Source of the DNA: Ignicoccus pacificus DSM 13166
Lineage (GTDB): Archaea > Thermoproteota > Thermoprotei_A > Sulfolobales > Ignicoccaceae
Length of the DNA stretch: 32,000 bases
Direction: 5' to 3'
Assembly (NCBI GenBank): GCA_025340205.1
Contig: CP006868.1
Span: 1,080,001 to 1,112,000, forward strand
The notes below the pieces were generated by a model that ran no database searches, was not told the origin of the DNA, and worked only from the letters and a program-made list of their open reading frames with translations. Numbering within the stretch: position 1 is the stretch's first letter; every line of letters starts with the position of its first letter. The position numbers were made by a program, and so were the translations under genes. Positions 1 to 8,571 of this stretch are shown here, piece by piece.

Positions 1-119
1 TCCTATCGCTCCTTTCTTCCTTCTTCATTTCCTATTTTCCATGGGAACATATCAGAACATTTATGGTCTCCTTTCTTCCCTTTACCTTGAGCGCTATTCG
101 CCTTTGAATATGAATTCTT

Positions 120-357
120 CAATTAGCTTAATGATCAAGCAATTCTTTCCACTATCACATACATGAGAACGCCGATGATAATGAACTCTTTTGTTTGACT
201 ATTAGTTTCAGTTAGGTAATTCTAATTGATGAAAGTAGAGCAAAACTGTTCTCATGAAAGCTTAAGTATTCAGAGTTAATAAAGGCCTCTCAATAGGGCA
301 ATGGGAAAGGAATGGCTTATTAGCTAATGGAAGGATTGGTTAAATAGGAGAGTCACG
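120..357 (+). promoter_or_regulatory. putative leader of CRISPR array 1 (AT-rich, non-coding)
   Basis: AT-rich, ORF-free tract directly upstream of the first repeat, on the side opposite the degenerate terminal repeat. TATA-like TTAATAAA at 276-283 and TTAAATA at 340-346. The exact promoter is not resolved. Confidence 0.4.
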
Positions 358-1333
358 GAAGAGTTACAATAGTGAATAGAAAGGGGGGCTATCCCCATCG
401 GCTTCAAGGATCGTATTCGTTCGGGGAAGAGTTACAATAGTGAATAGAAAGTTCGGTGGTAGCTATGTGTATGTTCTGCGAGTTACCCGATGGGAAGAGT
501 TACAATAGTGAATAGAAAGCTAGGTAGGAGTCCCCCAAGTCGGTCTTGTCATGGTTGGTGGAAGAGTTACAATAGTGAATAGAAAGTCAGGAATGCTTAG
601 TGCGGCAGTCATCGGTTCGTCGGTGGCGTGAAGAGTTACAATAGTGAATAGAAAGTCCAAAGCCAATGGTGGTAGTCGGTACGCATGATACTTTATGAAG
701 AGTTACAATAGTGAATAGAAAGCCCTTTTCCCAGGTAGCGTGTAGTCAGAGGTCACTCCAAGGGAAGAGTTACAATAGTGAATAGAAAGAGATACAACAA
801 GAGGCGGAAGCCCCTCTACGAATACCTTGTCCCCGAAGAGTTACAATAGTGAATAGAAAGTCACCGGGATAATCATGAAGATTGAGTTCCCTTCCGAGGA
901 AGAGTTACAATAGTGAATAGAAAGTGGGGCATAAAATGAGATGGGAAGGACACAGAGCATTTACTGAAGAGTTACAATAGTGAATAGAAAGTACCAAAGC
1001 TTCAACACGTTCTCAGCCGGCATCAAAGAGAAGAGTTACGAAGAGTTACAATAGTGAATAGAAAGCCGATCCGGGAGGCTCCTGGCCATCGAGGTCAAGT
1101 CCAGAAGAGTTACAATAGTGAATAGAAAGTTGCCCGGCCCCATCGTTTCGTTGGCATTTACTTTCCTTCCAGAAGAGTTACAATAGTGAATAGAAAGCTG
1201 CTTCTGCCTCTATGCCATCGATCAAGTCAACCTTCATGGAAGAGTTACAATAGTGAATAGAAAGGCTATCGTTGTTCCCGTTAGAATATACCAAGGGTAT
1301 GTTGTATGAGAAGTTACAGTATTAAACAGAAAA
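358..1333 (+). CRISPR. CRISPR array 1: 14 intact plus 1 degenerate copy of the 26-nt repeat GAAGAGTTACAATAGTGAATAGAAAG, 14 spacers (38-48 nt)
   Basis: Repeat starts at 358, 426, 494, 561, 630, 697, 764, 835, 899, 966, 1040, 1104, 1172 and 1239. Degenerate copy GAGAAGTTACAGTATTAAACAGAAAA at 1308-1333. The repeat ends in GAAAG, the usual 3' end that yields the 8-nt crRNA tag in archaeal type I/III repeats. Decay at the right end and the AT-rich tract on the left give + polarity. Confidence 0.95.
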
Positions 1334-1375
1334 TCATTCGTTATTGAAGTTATGATCACCTTAAGACAATAAGTA

Positions 1376-1402
1376 GAAGGAATTACATTTGTCAGTATAA
1401 CG
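1376..1402 (+). repeat. possible further decayed CRISPR repeat in the trailer of array 1
   Basis: GAAGGAATTACATTTGTCAGTATAACG keeps the GAAG..TTACA..T.GT.A.TA.AA.G skeleton of the repeat. It lies 42 nt after the degenerate repeat, so it is in register with the array period. Confidence 0.35.
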
Positions 1403-1560
1403 ATATCAAGGAATACAAATGTACGTGCAACTCTATTATTACAAGCAATAAGAACTAAGCATCTAATAGGGACTAAACTCGAACCTCTCCATCTATACTC
1501 ACATGGAAAGCAGTATCGATATTAATACCTTCCTGGTGGGTCAACACACGGGACCACGTT

Positions 1561-2976
1561 ATGTCCAAAACCGAGGCTTCCTTGAAGGTCCTCCCCCTTC
1601 TGTTTCTCATTGTCGCTCCCGCCTTCGCCTCCGTCCTCCACGCCTCCTACGCTCAGCATTGTAACAAACCAATAACCTTGACGATAATATCAAGGCATCC
1701 AACCGACGTTCTGGAAAAGGCAAGGGACATGTTCCTGAAGACTCAATATGCTAAGGAATACTGCATAAAGGACGTACGCTTCATCCAACTCCCTCCAGGA
1801 TGGTGGATTGATTACATCAAGGCTCACCCTGTCGACATAGCGTGGGGAGGAGGACCTACCCAGTACGACCTCCTCTTTAAGTTCCACTTACTCAGACCCC
1901 TCCAGACCAAGATGGCCCTTGACGCCGCCGCTCAGATTCCCGATACCTTAGCCGGAGCTCCAATGAAGAGAATAGTTAACGGAAAGATATACTGGGTCGC
2001 CGATGCCATTGCCAGCTTCGGCTTCACCATAAACAGAGACGTAGCTGCACAACTAGGCTACGACTGGCACAAGCTCAAGACTTGGAAGGATCTAGCCTCT
2101 GATCAGCTAGGCCTCCTCATGCTTCAAGTGGGAGTTCCCGTGGTGGGAATAGCCGATCCGACCGTGAGCACCAGCAACACCAGAATGTATGAGATCATCC
2201 TCCAGGCCTACGGGTGGGATGACGGATGGAGGACCCTAACCCTCCTAGGAGCCAACTCCAAGATATATTCCGGAAGTGGACTCGTTAGGGATGCTGTGAT
2301 AAACGGAGAAATAATGGTAGGAATTACCATAGACTTCTACGGCTACACCGCCCACAAGCAGAACCCCGCTTGTATCTACGTAGTACCCCAAGGTCAGACC
2401 ATAGTAAACGGTGACCCGATAGCGGTTACCGTGAGCACTAAGCACCCCGAGGCGGCAGAGGCCTTCGTTGCTTGGGCGCTGACCGACGGTCAGACCATAT
2501 GGCTCGACCCCAACATCAACAGACTGCCCTCCAACCCCAACGTCTTCAACACTCCGATAGGGAAGGAGAGGAAAGACCTGTACGAAGCCTTCCAGCAGAT
2601 ACTCCACGCCAAGTCAATGAAGTTCAACGATACCTTAGCCCTAATGTACGAGGATGCTATGAGGCTATACTTCAAGGCTACCATAGTTGACCTCCACGAC
2701 CTCCTCCAGCAGGCTTGGACCACCCTGCTGAGCGCCTACTACCTCGACCACAAGATAGACAAGGCCACCTTCGAGAAGCTGAAGGATCAGCTCACCTCCC
2801 TACCGACCTTCAAGGACCCGATAACTGGAAAGTACACTAAGTTCACCGTGAAGTACGCTATCAAGGCTGACAAGGTGATACTCAAGGATCCCGCTATGAT
2901 GGACAAGCTTATGAACGCTTGGAGGGAAGCGGCGCGTGCGAAGTACCTAGGGGTGCTGAGGGCCCTTGGCGGTTAA
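1561..2976 (+). CDS. ABC transporter extracellular solute-binding protein (Fe3+/thiamine/polyamine-type family)
   Basis: 471-aa ORF with an N-terminal hydrophobic signal/anchor (LPLLFLIVAPAFASV). It is first in an operon with a double-domain permease and an ATPase. TATA-like TATTAATA at 1520-1527, about 35 nt before the ATG. Substrate is not determinable. Confidence 0.75.
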   Translation: MSKTEASLKVLPLLFLIVAPAFASVLHASYAQHCNKPITLTIISRHPTDVLEKARDMFLKTQYAKEYCIKDVRFIQLPPGWWIDYIKAHPVDIAWGGGPTQYDLLFKFHLLRPLQTKMALDAAAQIPDTLAGAPMKRIVNGKIYWVADAIASFGFTINRDVAAQLGYDWHKLKTWKDLASDQLGLLMLQVGVPVVGIADPTVSTSNTRMYEIILQAYGWDDGWRTLTLLGANSKIYSGSGLVRDAVINGEIMVGITIDFYGYTAHKQNPACIYVVPQGQTIVNGDPIAVTVSTKHPEAAEAFVAWALTDGQTIWLDPNINRLPSNPNVFNTPIGKERKDLYEAFQQILHAKSMKFNDTLALMYEDAMRLYFKATIVDLHDLLQQAWTTLLSAYYLDHKIDKATFEKLKDQLTSLPTFKDPITGKYTKFTVKYAIKADKVILKDPAMMDKLMNAWREAARAKYLGVLRALGG

Positions 2977-4777
2977 GGTAAGCAAGCTAAAGCGAGTGGA
3001 GAAGGTCACGCTAATACTCTTTCTACTCCCTACACTTTACTTGCTCTCCTTCTTCGTCGCCCCGGTCGCCAGCGTCCTAGGAGGCCTTCTGGGATTCGAC
3101 TGGCACCTCCTCAACACTCCCTTTTACATAAACTTGAAGCCCATAGGATCTCCAATCGAAATAAGGAGCTTCGGTCCCAGACTGTTCATCGTGATCAAAG
3201 GAGTTAACATGGGAGTCATACTAAACAGCTTGATAAACTCGATAATAGTGACACTGGTCAGTGCTGTAATAGGAACGGCTGCTGCCCTATTGATAGGATT
3301 GTATGACTTTCCAGGGAGGAGACTCTTCGCGGTGCTAGCTGCCCTGCCCTTGCTCGTAGCTCCCTTCGTCAACACCTATGTAGTAAAGCTACTTTATGGC
3401 TTCAACCTTCAAGGGAACACGCTAAGCTACTTGCTCCAGCACTTGGGACTCAAGGTCACCATAGGCTTTACTCAGCTCGGAGGCATTACCTTGGCCCAGA
3501 TCTTGGCATTCTATCCGATAGTATACATAAACGTCTTAGCTGCTTTGGGAGCGATAGACGCGTCTTTGATAGAGCAAGCTTTGAACTTGGGCTCCAGAGG
3601 ATTCAAGCTGATCAGAACGATAATCCTCCCCATGATAGTTCCTGGAATACTGGCCGGAGCAACGCTCGTCTACATCTTGAGCCTAGAGGACGTGGGAGCT
3701 CCTATAGTGTTTAATTACAAGAACGTCATTTCCTACCAAGTCTACGAGTTCTTCCAAGAGTTCACCTCCATAGGAGGGGTAGGGGCCTCGGCCGCCCTCT
3801 GTCTAATAATGCTCTTACTCGCCTTAATTCCAATGGCTATAATAAGGAAGTACTTGAGTTTGAAATATTACGCCAGGCTAAGCAGAGGCGCTCCCAGACC
3901 TTTCAAGAGATTGAAGCTAGGGAAGAAGGGCTTGATAGTTGCCTACTTGCTCGTCCTCCCGGTCTTGATAGCAGCGGCGGCACCTCAGATAGGCATCATA
4001 GTGCTGGCCTTCTCGGAGAGGTGGGTAGGGGCCCTACCTCAAGGCTTCACCTTGAGGAACTTCTACTTCATATTCTCAAAGCCTGGAGTGTTCAGGGGAA
4101 TAGTGAACAGCGTGACGTACTTGGCCTTCGCGTTACCCATGATAGCTATATTGGGCTTCGCCGCCGCTTACGTCGTAGCGAGGATAAGGGTCAAGGGGAT
4201 AGGACTTCTCGACCTGCTCTCCACGGCCCCTCTGGCGGTTCCCGGGCTGGTGGTGGCCTTCGGCTACTTCATCTTCTTCCACGCGATAGCCCAAGGAACT
4301 CCCCTCGACCCCTTGGTCTCTCCAGCGGTAGTCTTGGTGTTAGCCTACGCTGCTAGGAAGATGCCGTTCACCGTTAGATCCGTCTACACCGGTCTCCTTC
4401 AAACTCCTAGGGCCATGGAGGAAGCCGCCGAGAGCTTGGGAGCAACCAAGGGTAAGGTGCTGAGATCTATAGTGCTGCCCCTAGTGTGGAGAAGCATCAT
4501 TGCTGGCTTGCTCTTGAGCTCAATCTACGTCCTCAGCGAGGTGAGCGTGAGCGTCACCATAGGAGCTCTAGGAGGAGATATAGTAGACCCTAACCACGCT
4601 GGTCCTATAACGTATGTGATAATGAGGCTGATCCAAGCTCCGAGCATCTCTGGAGGAGCTCAGCCTCAAGCAGTAGCAGCTGCAATGGCAGCCATATTAA
4701 TGGCCTTGGAGGCCTTGGTGCTCTTCGTGGCGACGTCCAGACTGGCCAGAAGAGGTCAAATGCTGGTCTCCGTGTAG
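2966..4777 (+). CDS. ABC transporter permease, fused double-domain (FbpB/ThiP-like, about 12 TM)
   Basis: 603-aa highly hydrophobic ORF. Two permease halves each carry an EAA-like loop (IEQALNLGSRGFKLIRTIILP and MEEAAESLGATKGKVLRSIVLP). TTG start overlaps the SBP stop by 11 nt. Confidence 0.85.
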   Translation: MAVKVSKLKRVEKVTLILFLLPTLYLLSFFVAPVASVLGGLLGFDWHLLNTPFYINLKPIGSPIEIRSFGPRLFIVIKGVNMGVILNSLINSIIVTLVSAVIGTAAALLIGLYDFPGRRLFAVLAALPLLVAPFVNTYVVKLLYGFNLQGNTLSYLLQHLGLKVTIGFTQLGGITLAQILAFYPIVYINVLAALGAIDASLIEQALNLGSRGFKLIRTIILPMIVPGILAGATLVYILSLEDVGAPIVFNYKNVISYQVYEFFQEFTSIGGVGASAALCLIMLLLALIPMAIIRKYLSLKYYARLSRGAPRPFKRLKLGKKGLIVAYLLVLPVLIAAAAPQIGIIVLAFSERWVGALPQGFTLRNFYFIFSKPGVFRGIVNSVTYLAFALPMIAILGFAAAYVVARIRVKGIGLLDLLSTAPLAVPGLVVAFGYFIFFHAIAQGTPLDPLVSPAVVLVLAYAARKMPFTVRSVYTGLLQTPRAMEEAAESLGATKGKVLRSIVLPLVWRSIIAGLLLSSIYVLSEVSVSVTIGALGGDIVDPNHAGPITYVIMRLIQAPSISGGAQPQAVAAAMAAILMALEALVLFVATSRLARRGQMLVSV

Positions 4778-4795
4778 CCTCCCGGAGACCACGCT

Positions 4796-5884
4796 TTGAC
4801 TCAAGTGATAATAAGGGACTTGAGGAAAAAGCTAGGGAAAAACGAGATTTTGAAAGGTATAAACTTAGAAATAAGGTCCGGTGAGTTCTTCGCTATCCTA
4901 GGTCCCTCCGGCTCCGGCAAGACCACCCTTCTCCGGCTGATAGCGGGCTTCGAGGTCCCCGACTCCGGCCAGATACTCTTCGACGACAAGGACGTCACCT
5001 ACCTGAGGCCCGACGAGAGAGGCGTTGCCATGGTATTCCAGAACTGGGCCCTCTGGCCACACATGACCGTTTACGAGAACGTGGCCTATGGTCTAAAAAT
5101 AAAGAAACTTCCAAAAGAAGAGATAGATAAGAAGGTGAGGTGGGCCCTCGAGCTCCTAGGCTTAGAAGGAATGGAAAATAGATATCCCCATCAGCTCTCC
5201 GGAGGACAGCAACAAAGAGTTGCCTTGGCCAGAGCCTTGGTGGTTGAACCTAAGGTGTTGCTTCTGGACGAGCCCTTGAGCAACTTAGACGCCAGGTTAA
5301 GGCTAAAGCTGAGGGGAGAGATAAGGAAGCTCCAGAAGGAACTGGGAATTACTGCTATCTACGTCACTCATGATCAAGAGGAGGCCTTGGCGATAGCGGA
5401 CAGGCTAGCTCTGCTCAGGAACGGGAGGATAGAGGAGAGCGGAACTCCCGAGGAGATATACCAGAATCCCAAGAAACTGTTTACTGCGATATTCATCGGA
5501 AAGACCAGCTACGCTAAGGGAGTGGTTGAGGAGGTTGACGGAGATAAGGCGAAGGTTAGAGTGGGAGAGAACTTGGTAGAGAGCGTCGCTCATGGAGTTA
5601 ACAAAGGAGAGGAGGCGATCGTGGTCTTCAAGGCGGATATGTGCAAGCTAACCCCCAAGCAGGGAAGGACTGCGATAAGGGGGAGGGTAACCGTCCCCAT
5701 GTACATGGGGGCCTTCGTGGAGGTAAGGATGGTTCCGTTAGGGTACAAGAAGGAGCTCACCTTCTACATTCCAGAACAAGAGGTACCTCCTCCGGGATCT
5801 GAGATAACAGTTTACTTACCGGTTAAGGCCGTTCACTCCTACCCGGTGGAGGAAGGGGTAATAGAGGAGGAGGAAGAGGAATAA
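4796..5884 (+). CDS. ABC transporter ATP-binding protein with C-terminal TOBE-like domain (PotA/FbpC-like)
   Basis: Walker A GPSGSGKTT, Q-loop, signature LSGGQQQRVALARAL, Walker B LLLDEP and H-loop THDQ. Acidic tail EEEEEE. Confidence 0.9.
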   Translation: MTQVIIRDLRKKLGKNEILKGINLEIRSGEFFAILGPSGSGKTTLLRLIAGFEVPDSGQILFDDKDVTYLRPDERGVAMVFQNWALWPHMTVYENVAYGLKIKKLPKEEIDKKVRWALELLGLEGMENRYPHQLSGGQQQRVALARALVVEPKVLLLDEPLSNLDARLRLKLRGEIRKLQKELGITAIYVTHDQEEALAIADRLALLRNGRIEESGTPEEIYQNPKKLFTAIFIGKTSYAKGVVEEVDGDKAKVRVGENLVESVAHGVNKGEEAIVVFKADMCKLTPKQGRTAIRGRVTVPMYMGAFVEVRMVPLGYKKELTFYIPEQEVPPPGSEITVYLPVKAVHSYPVEEGVIEEEEEE

Positions 5885-5914
5885 TCCCTTCCACTTCTCC
5901 ATCCGGGTGCTAGC

Positions 5915-6784
5915 TTGTACGAGGCGCTGATCCCGCTGATACCACAGATGCTATGGGCCACCAACTTCGTGGTATCGAAGGTAGTGGTGAGCAACGGGCT
6001 GCATCCATTGCTCTTGACCGCCTTAAGGTGGACCATAGCTGGCTTCCTCCTCTACTTGTACGCCAGGCTAAGAGGACTGAGACTCGCCTTCGGCAAGGAG
6101 CTGGTGGTGCCAGCCTTAACCGGGATAACGGGGTTCAGCGCCTTGATATACCTAGGACTCATGTTCTCAAAGGCATCCATAGTAGGATTAACTATGGCGT
6201 TCATTCCCATAGCCACTGCCATATTAGCCAGCATAGTGCTGAAAGAGGAAATATCGTTCCTGTTGAAACTCTCAATACTCTTCGGAACAGCTGGAGGGTT
6301 GCTGCTAAGCGCCGGAGGGCTTCAAGGCTTGTCTTGGCTAGGGGTGCTGTTTGGAATATCCGCTTCGATAGACTGGGCCGTTTACACGGTTTGGTCGAAA
6401 AAGATAATGCTTGAGCTTTCTCCGATGGAGCTATTGGTGAGCATAGCATTAATGGCTCAGCCCGTAAACTGGATAATAGCGTTGCCCTTCCTGACCCTAG
6501 CTCCCTTGCATAAGCTCCCGGTACTCTTGGGCTTGCTCTACGTAGCCTTAGTTCCCGGATTCTTGGCCTACTTCCTCTGGCTCTACTCCGTTAAGCTGGT
6601 AGGAGCCTCGAGGGCCGGAGTTTACATAAACGCTCTTCCACTCTTTACTCTGGTGATAGCTACCATAACGCTAGGCGAGAAACTGGACTTCTTGGAAAGC
6701 CTAGGGGCGTTGAGCATCATAGTCGCTCTGGCCTTAGTGACGATAGACTTCTTGAGGAAGGTTAGGTCTCAATCCTCTGAGTAA
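5915..6784 (+). CDS. DMT superfamily (EamA-like) transporter
   Basis: 289-aa ORF with about 10 hydrophobic segments in two halves, typical of a duplicated EamA domain. The start could instead be the ATG at 5948 (MLWATNFV...). Confidence 0.7.
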   Translation: MYEALIPLIPQMLWATNFVVSKVVVSNGLHPLLLTALRWTIAGFLLYLYARLRGLRLAFGKELVVPALTGITGFSALIYLGLMFSKASIVGLTMAFIPIATAILASIVLKEEISFLLKLSILFGTAGGLLLSAGGLQGLSWLGVLFGISASIDWAVYTVWSKKIMLELSPMELLVSIALMAQPVNWIIALPFLTLAPLHKLPVLLGLLYVALVPGFLAYFLWLYSVKLVGASRAGVYINALPLFTLVIATITLGEKLDFLESLGALSIIVALALVTIDFLRKVRSQSSE

Positions 6785-7092
6785 AGCCACTCTGGCTTCA
6801 CTCCTTCCGGCACGAACTTCATTCTCAGCGTGAGCCACTTGAGCGCTCCTAAGGGCCCCTTCTTTATCTCTCTTTCGATTCTCTCCACGGCTCTTTTAGC
6901 TAGCTCCTCCCCTTCTGGAGTAAGCTCGTACTTCTCGTTGAGCAAGCCTATCTCTATGAGGTCTCTGATAGCGTTGGGCTCTAGCTTCACCCCGAAGGTC
7001 TCCGCAATCTCTGCTATTCCCTTTTCGTTAAGATGTCTCCCTCTCTTGGTGTTCATATAGATAATAGTCAGAATTAGATCCTTGCTCTCCAA
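6769..7092 (-). CDS. small winged-helix (wHTH)-like protein, paralog A
   Basis: 107 aa. Aligns over its full length with the 7240-7563 product (MESKDLILTIIYMNTKRGRHLNEKGIAEIA vs MEAEDVVLAILYLNERKGRFLNEKGIAKIA). The TTG start is supported by that alignment. TTTTAAAG box about 33 nt upstream on the - strand (7125-7133). Confidence 0.7.
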   Translation of the reverse strand: MESKDLILTIIYMNTKRGRHLNEKGIAEIAETFGVKLEPNAIRDLIEIGLLNEKYELTPEGEELAKRAVERIEREIKKGPLGALKWLTLRMKFVPEGVKPEWLYSED

Positions 7093-7239
7093 CAGATCGA
7101 ACCCAGTAAGGTGGCCGAAACTTCTCTTTAAAAGTCATGCGTATACATTTACTAGTTTGTATAAAAGGTATTAGTTTGATTAATTGTGCGGAAAAAGTAA
7201 ATAGAAACGTTGACCAATAAGAGCGTGGTAAGAAGGTGG

Positions 7240-7563
7240 TTACGAAGGAGAACCTAGACAAGAACCCTTAATCTTCTCGGGAGCCAGCTTGTTCTTGAAG
7301 CTCATCCATTTGAAAACGCCAAATAGTCCCTTCTTCACCTCGTTCTCTAATCTCTTCAAGGCCTTCGCCGCTTCTACCTTTCCCTCATCGGTGAGCCTGA
7401 GGTTTGGAGCTACGAGCTTCTTTTCCATTAAGCTCTCGAGTACTCCTTCTAAGTCCTTCACCCCTACCTCGGAGGCTATCTTGGCTATTCCCTTCTCGTT
7501 AAGGAATCTACCCTTCCTCTCGTTCAAGTACAGAATAGCTAAGACCACGTCTTCGGCCTCCAT
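7240..7563 (-). CDS. small winged-helix (wHTH)-like protein, paralog B
   Basis: 107 aa with an ATG start preceded by SD-like GAGGTG. Same architecture as paralog A: N-terminal wHTH-like part, then LTDEGK/LTPEGE, a charged helix and a C-terminal amphipathic W-containing tail. Confidence 0.7.
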   Translation of the reverse strand: MEAEDVVLAILYLNERKGRFLNEKGIAKIASEVGVKDLEGVLESLMEKKLVAPNLRLTDEGKVEAAKALKRLENEVKKGLFGVFKWMSFKNKLAPEKIKGSCLGSPS

Positions 7564-7643
7564 TGGGCCACCTCTCTTGAAATAGTAGCGTCAACCCTCT
7601 AAACTTATCCGAAGGATCCAGGTAGAGAATTACGGTGTAAGCT

Positions 7644-8567
7644 TTGAGTAACTTGCTCAGAAAGGGAGTCCATCCTATAATAGCTACGCTATTATTGATC
7701 CTCATCGCCGTAGCAGCCGCAGTCCTCCTCTACACTTGGGTGAGCAGCCTCAGCGCCAACGTGGCCGGCAGTAAGGTGACTGGCAAGACCCTAACCATAA
7801 TCCAGGCTACTTGGGCCTTGGGTAACAATCAAACCGGTATATCAAACGTAACCGTGTTCACCTCCGACAGACCAGTGCTTGTAATCAGCTTCAAGGCTCC
7901 TCCCGCTGCTGTAGGAGGACAGGGCGCTGGAATGAACCTAATAACCCTGGACAACGTCGACGTGATCTACGCTGGTAGGGTGATCTGCCACTACTCCGCC
8001 TTCGCCCTAAGCGCTTGGGACGTACAGCATACTGGAGCTTCGACGGGATTTAGCAGAACTCCGGTGAAGGGAGTGGACTTCGGTGGGTATGTAGGGGAGA
8101 ACATAGGGGCGCTTGACGGCAACGATACCTACTCACCAGGTGGGATAGCGGTTAACACGAGGACGGAGGCCGATAACCCAACAACCTTCAATCAAGACGG
8201 TTATGCATTCTACAAAGTTGGAGATTCCAGCAACGCTTACTTCAGCAGAGGAATACCCTTCGCCACCATAGTGGCCCAAGTATGGAACGTGCAGTACGTC
8301 AGCAACCAGAAGGTGGAGACCTACTTCAACAGCACTAACGCTAACATAAGGTTCGACAGGTGGACCGGCGACTACCTCAGCGATGACACGAACTCGCCGT
8401 TCTACTACGTTCCAGCCTTCGATTTGGCGAAGGTAGGCCAAGATGATTGGAGCTTAGTGATATGGTGTCCTCAAGTGAACCCTAATGTAATGAACAGTGT
8501 ACAAGTAAGAGTACAGTTCCAAGATGGGAGCACTTGGGAGACTATGATACCTCTGACGGTACAATAA
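7644..8567 (+). CDS. archaeal type IV pilin-like protein (class III signal peptide, Pilin_N/DUF1628-type N-terminus)
   Basis: N-terminus MSNLLRKG/VHPIIATLLLILIAVAAAVLLY is a short basic stretch, KG, then a hydrophobic helix. This is the prepilin peptidase substrate pattern. The about 270-aa C-terminal domain is unassigned. TTG start. Confidence 0.7.
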   Translation: MSNLLRKGVHPIIATLLLILIAVAAAVLLYTWVSSLSANVAGSKVTGKTLTIIQATWALGNNQTGISNVTVFTSDRPVLVISFKAPPAAVGGQGAGMNLITLDNVDVIYAGRVICHYSAFALSAWDVQHTGASTGFSRTPVKGVDFGGYVGENIGALDGNDTYSPGGIAVNTRTEADNPTTFNQDGYAFYKVGDSSNAYFSRGIPFATIVAQVWNVQYVSNQKVETYFNSTNANIRFDRWTGDYLSDDTNSPFYYVPAFDLAKVGQDDWSLVIWCPQVNPNVMNSVQVRVQFQDGSTWETMIPLTVQ

Positions 8568-8571
8568 ATGA

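Noticed and set aside
7110-7573. Shared GGCCACCT / AGGTGGCC octamer near the starts of both wHTH paralogs (7110-7117 and 7566-7573); considered as a common operator
   Set aside because: At 7566-7573 it is explained as the SD-like GAGGTG of paralog B. The two copies have opposite orientation relative to their genes and sit at different distances from the starts.
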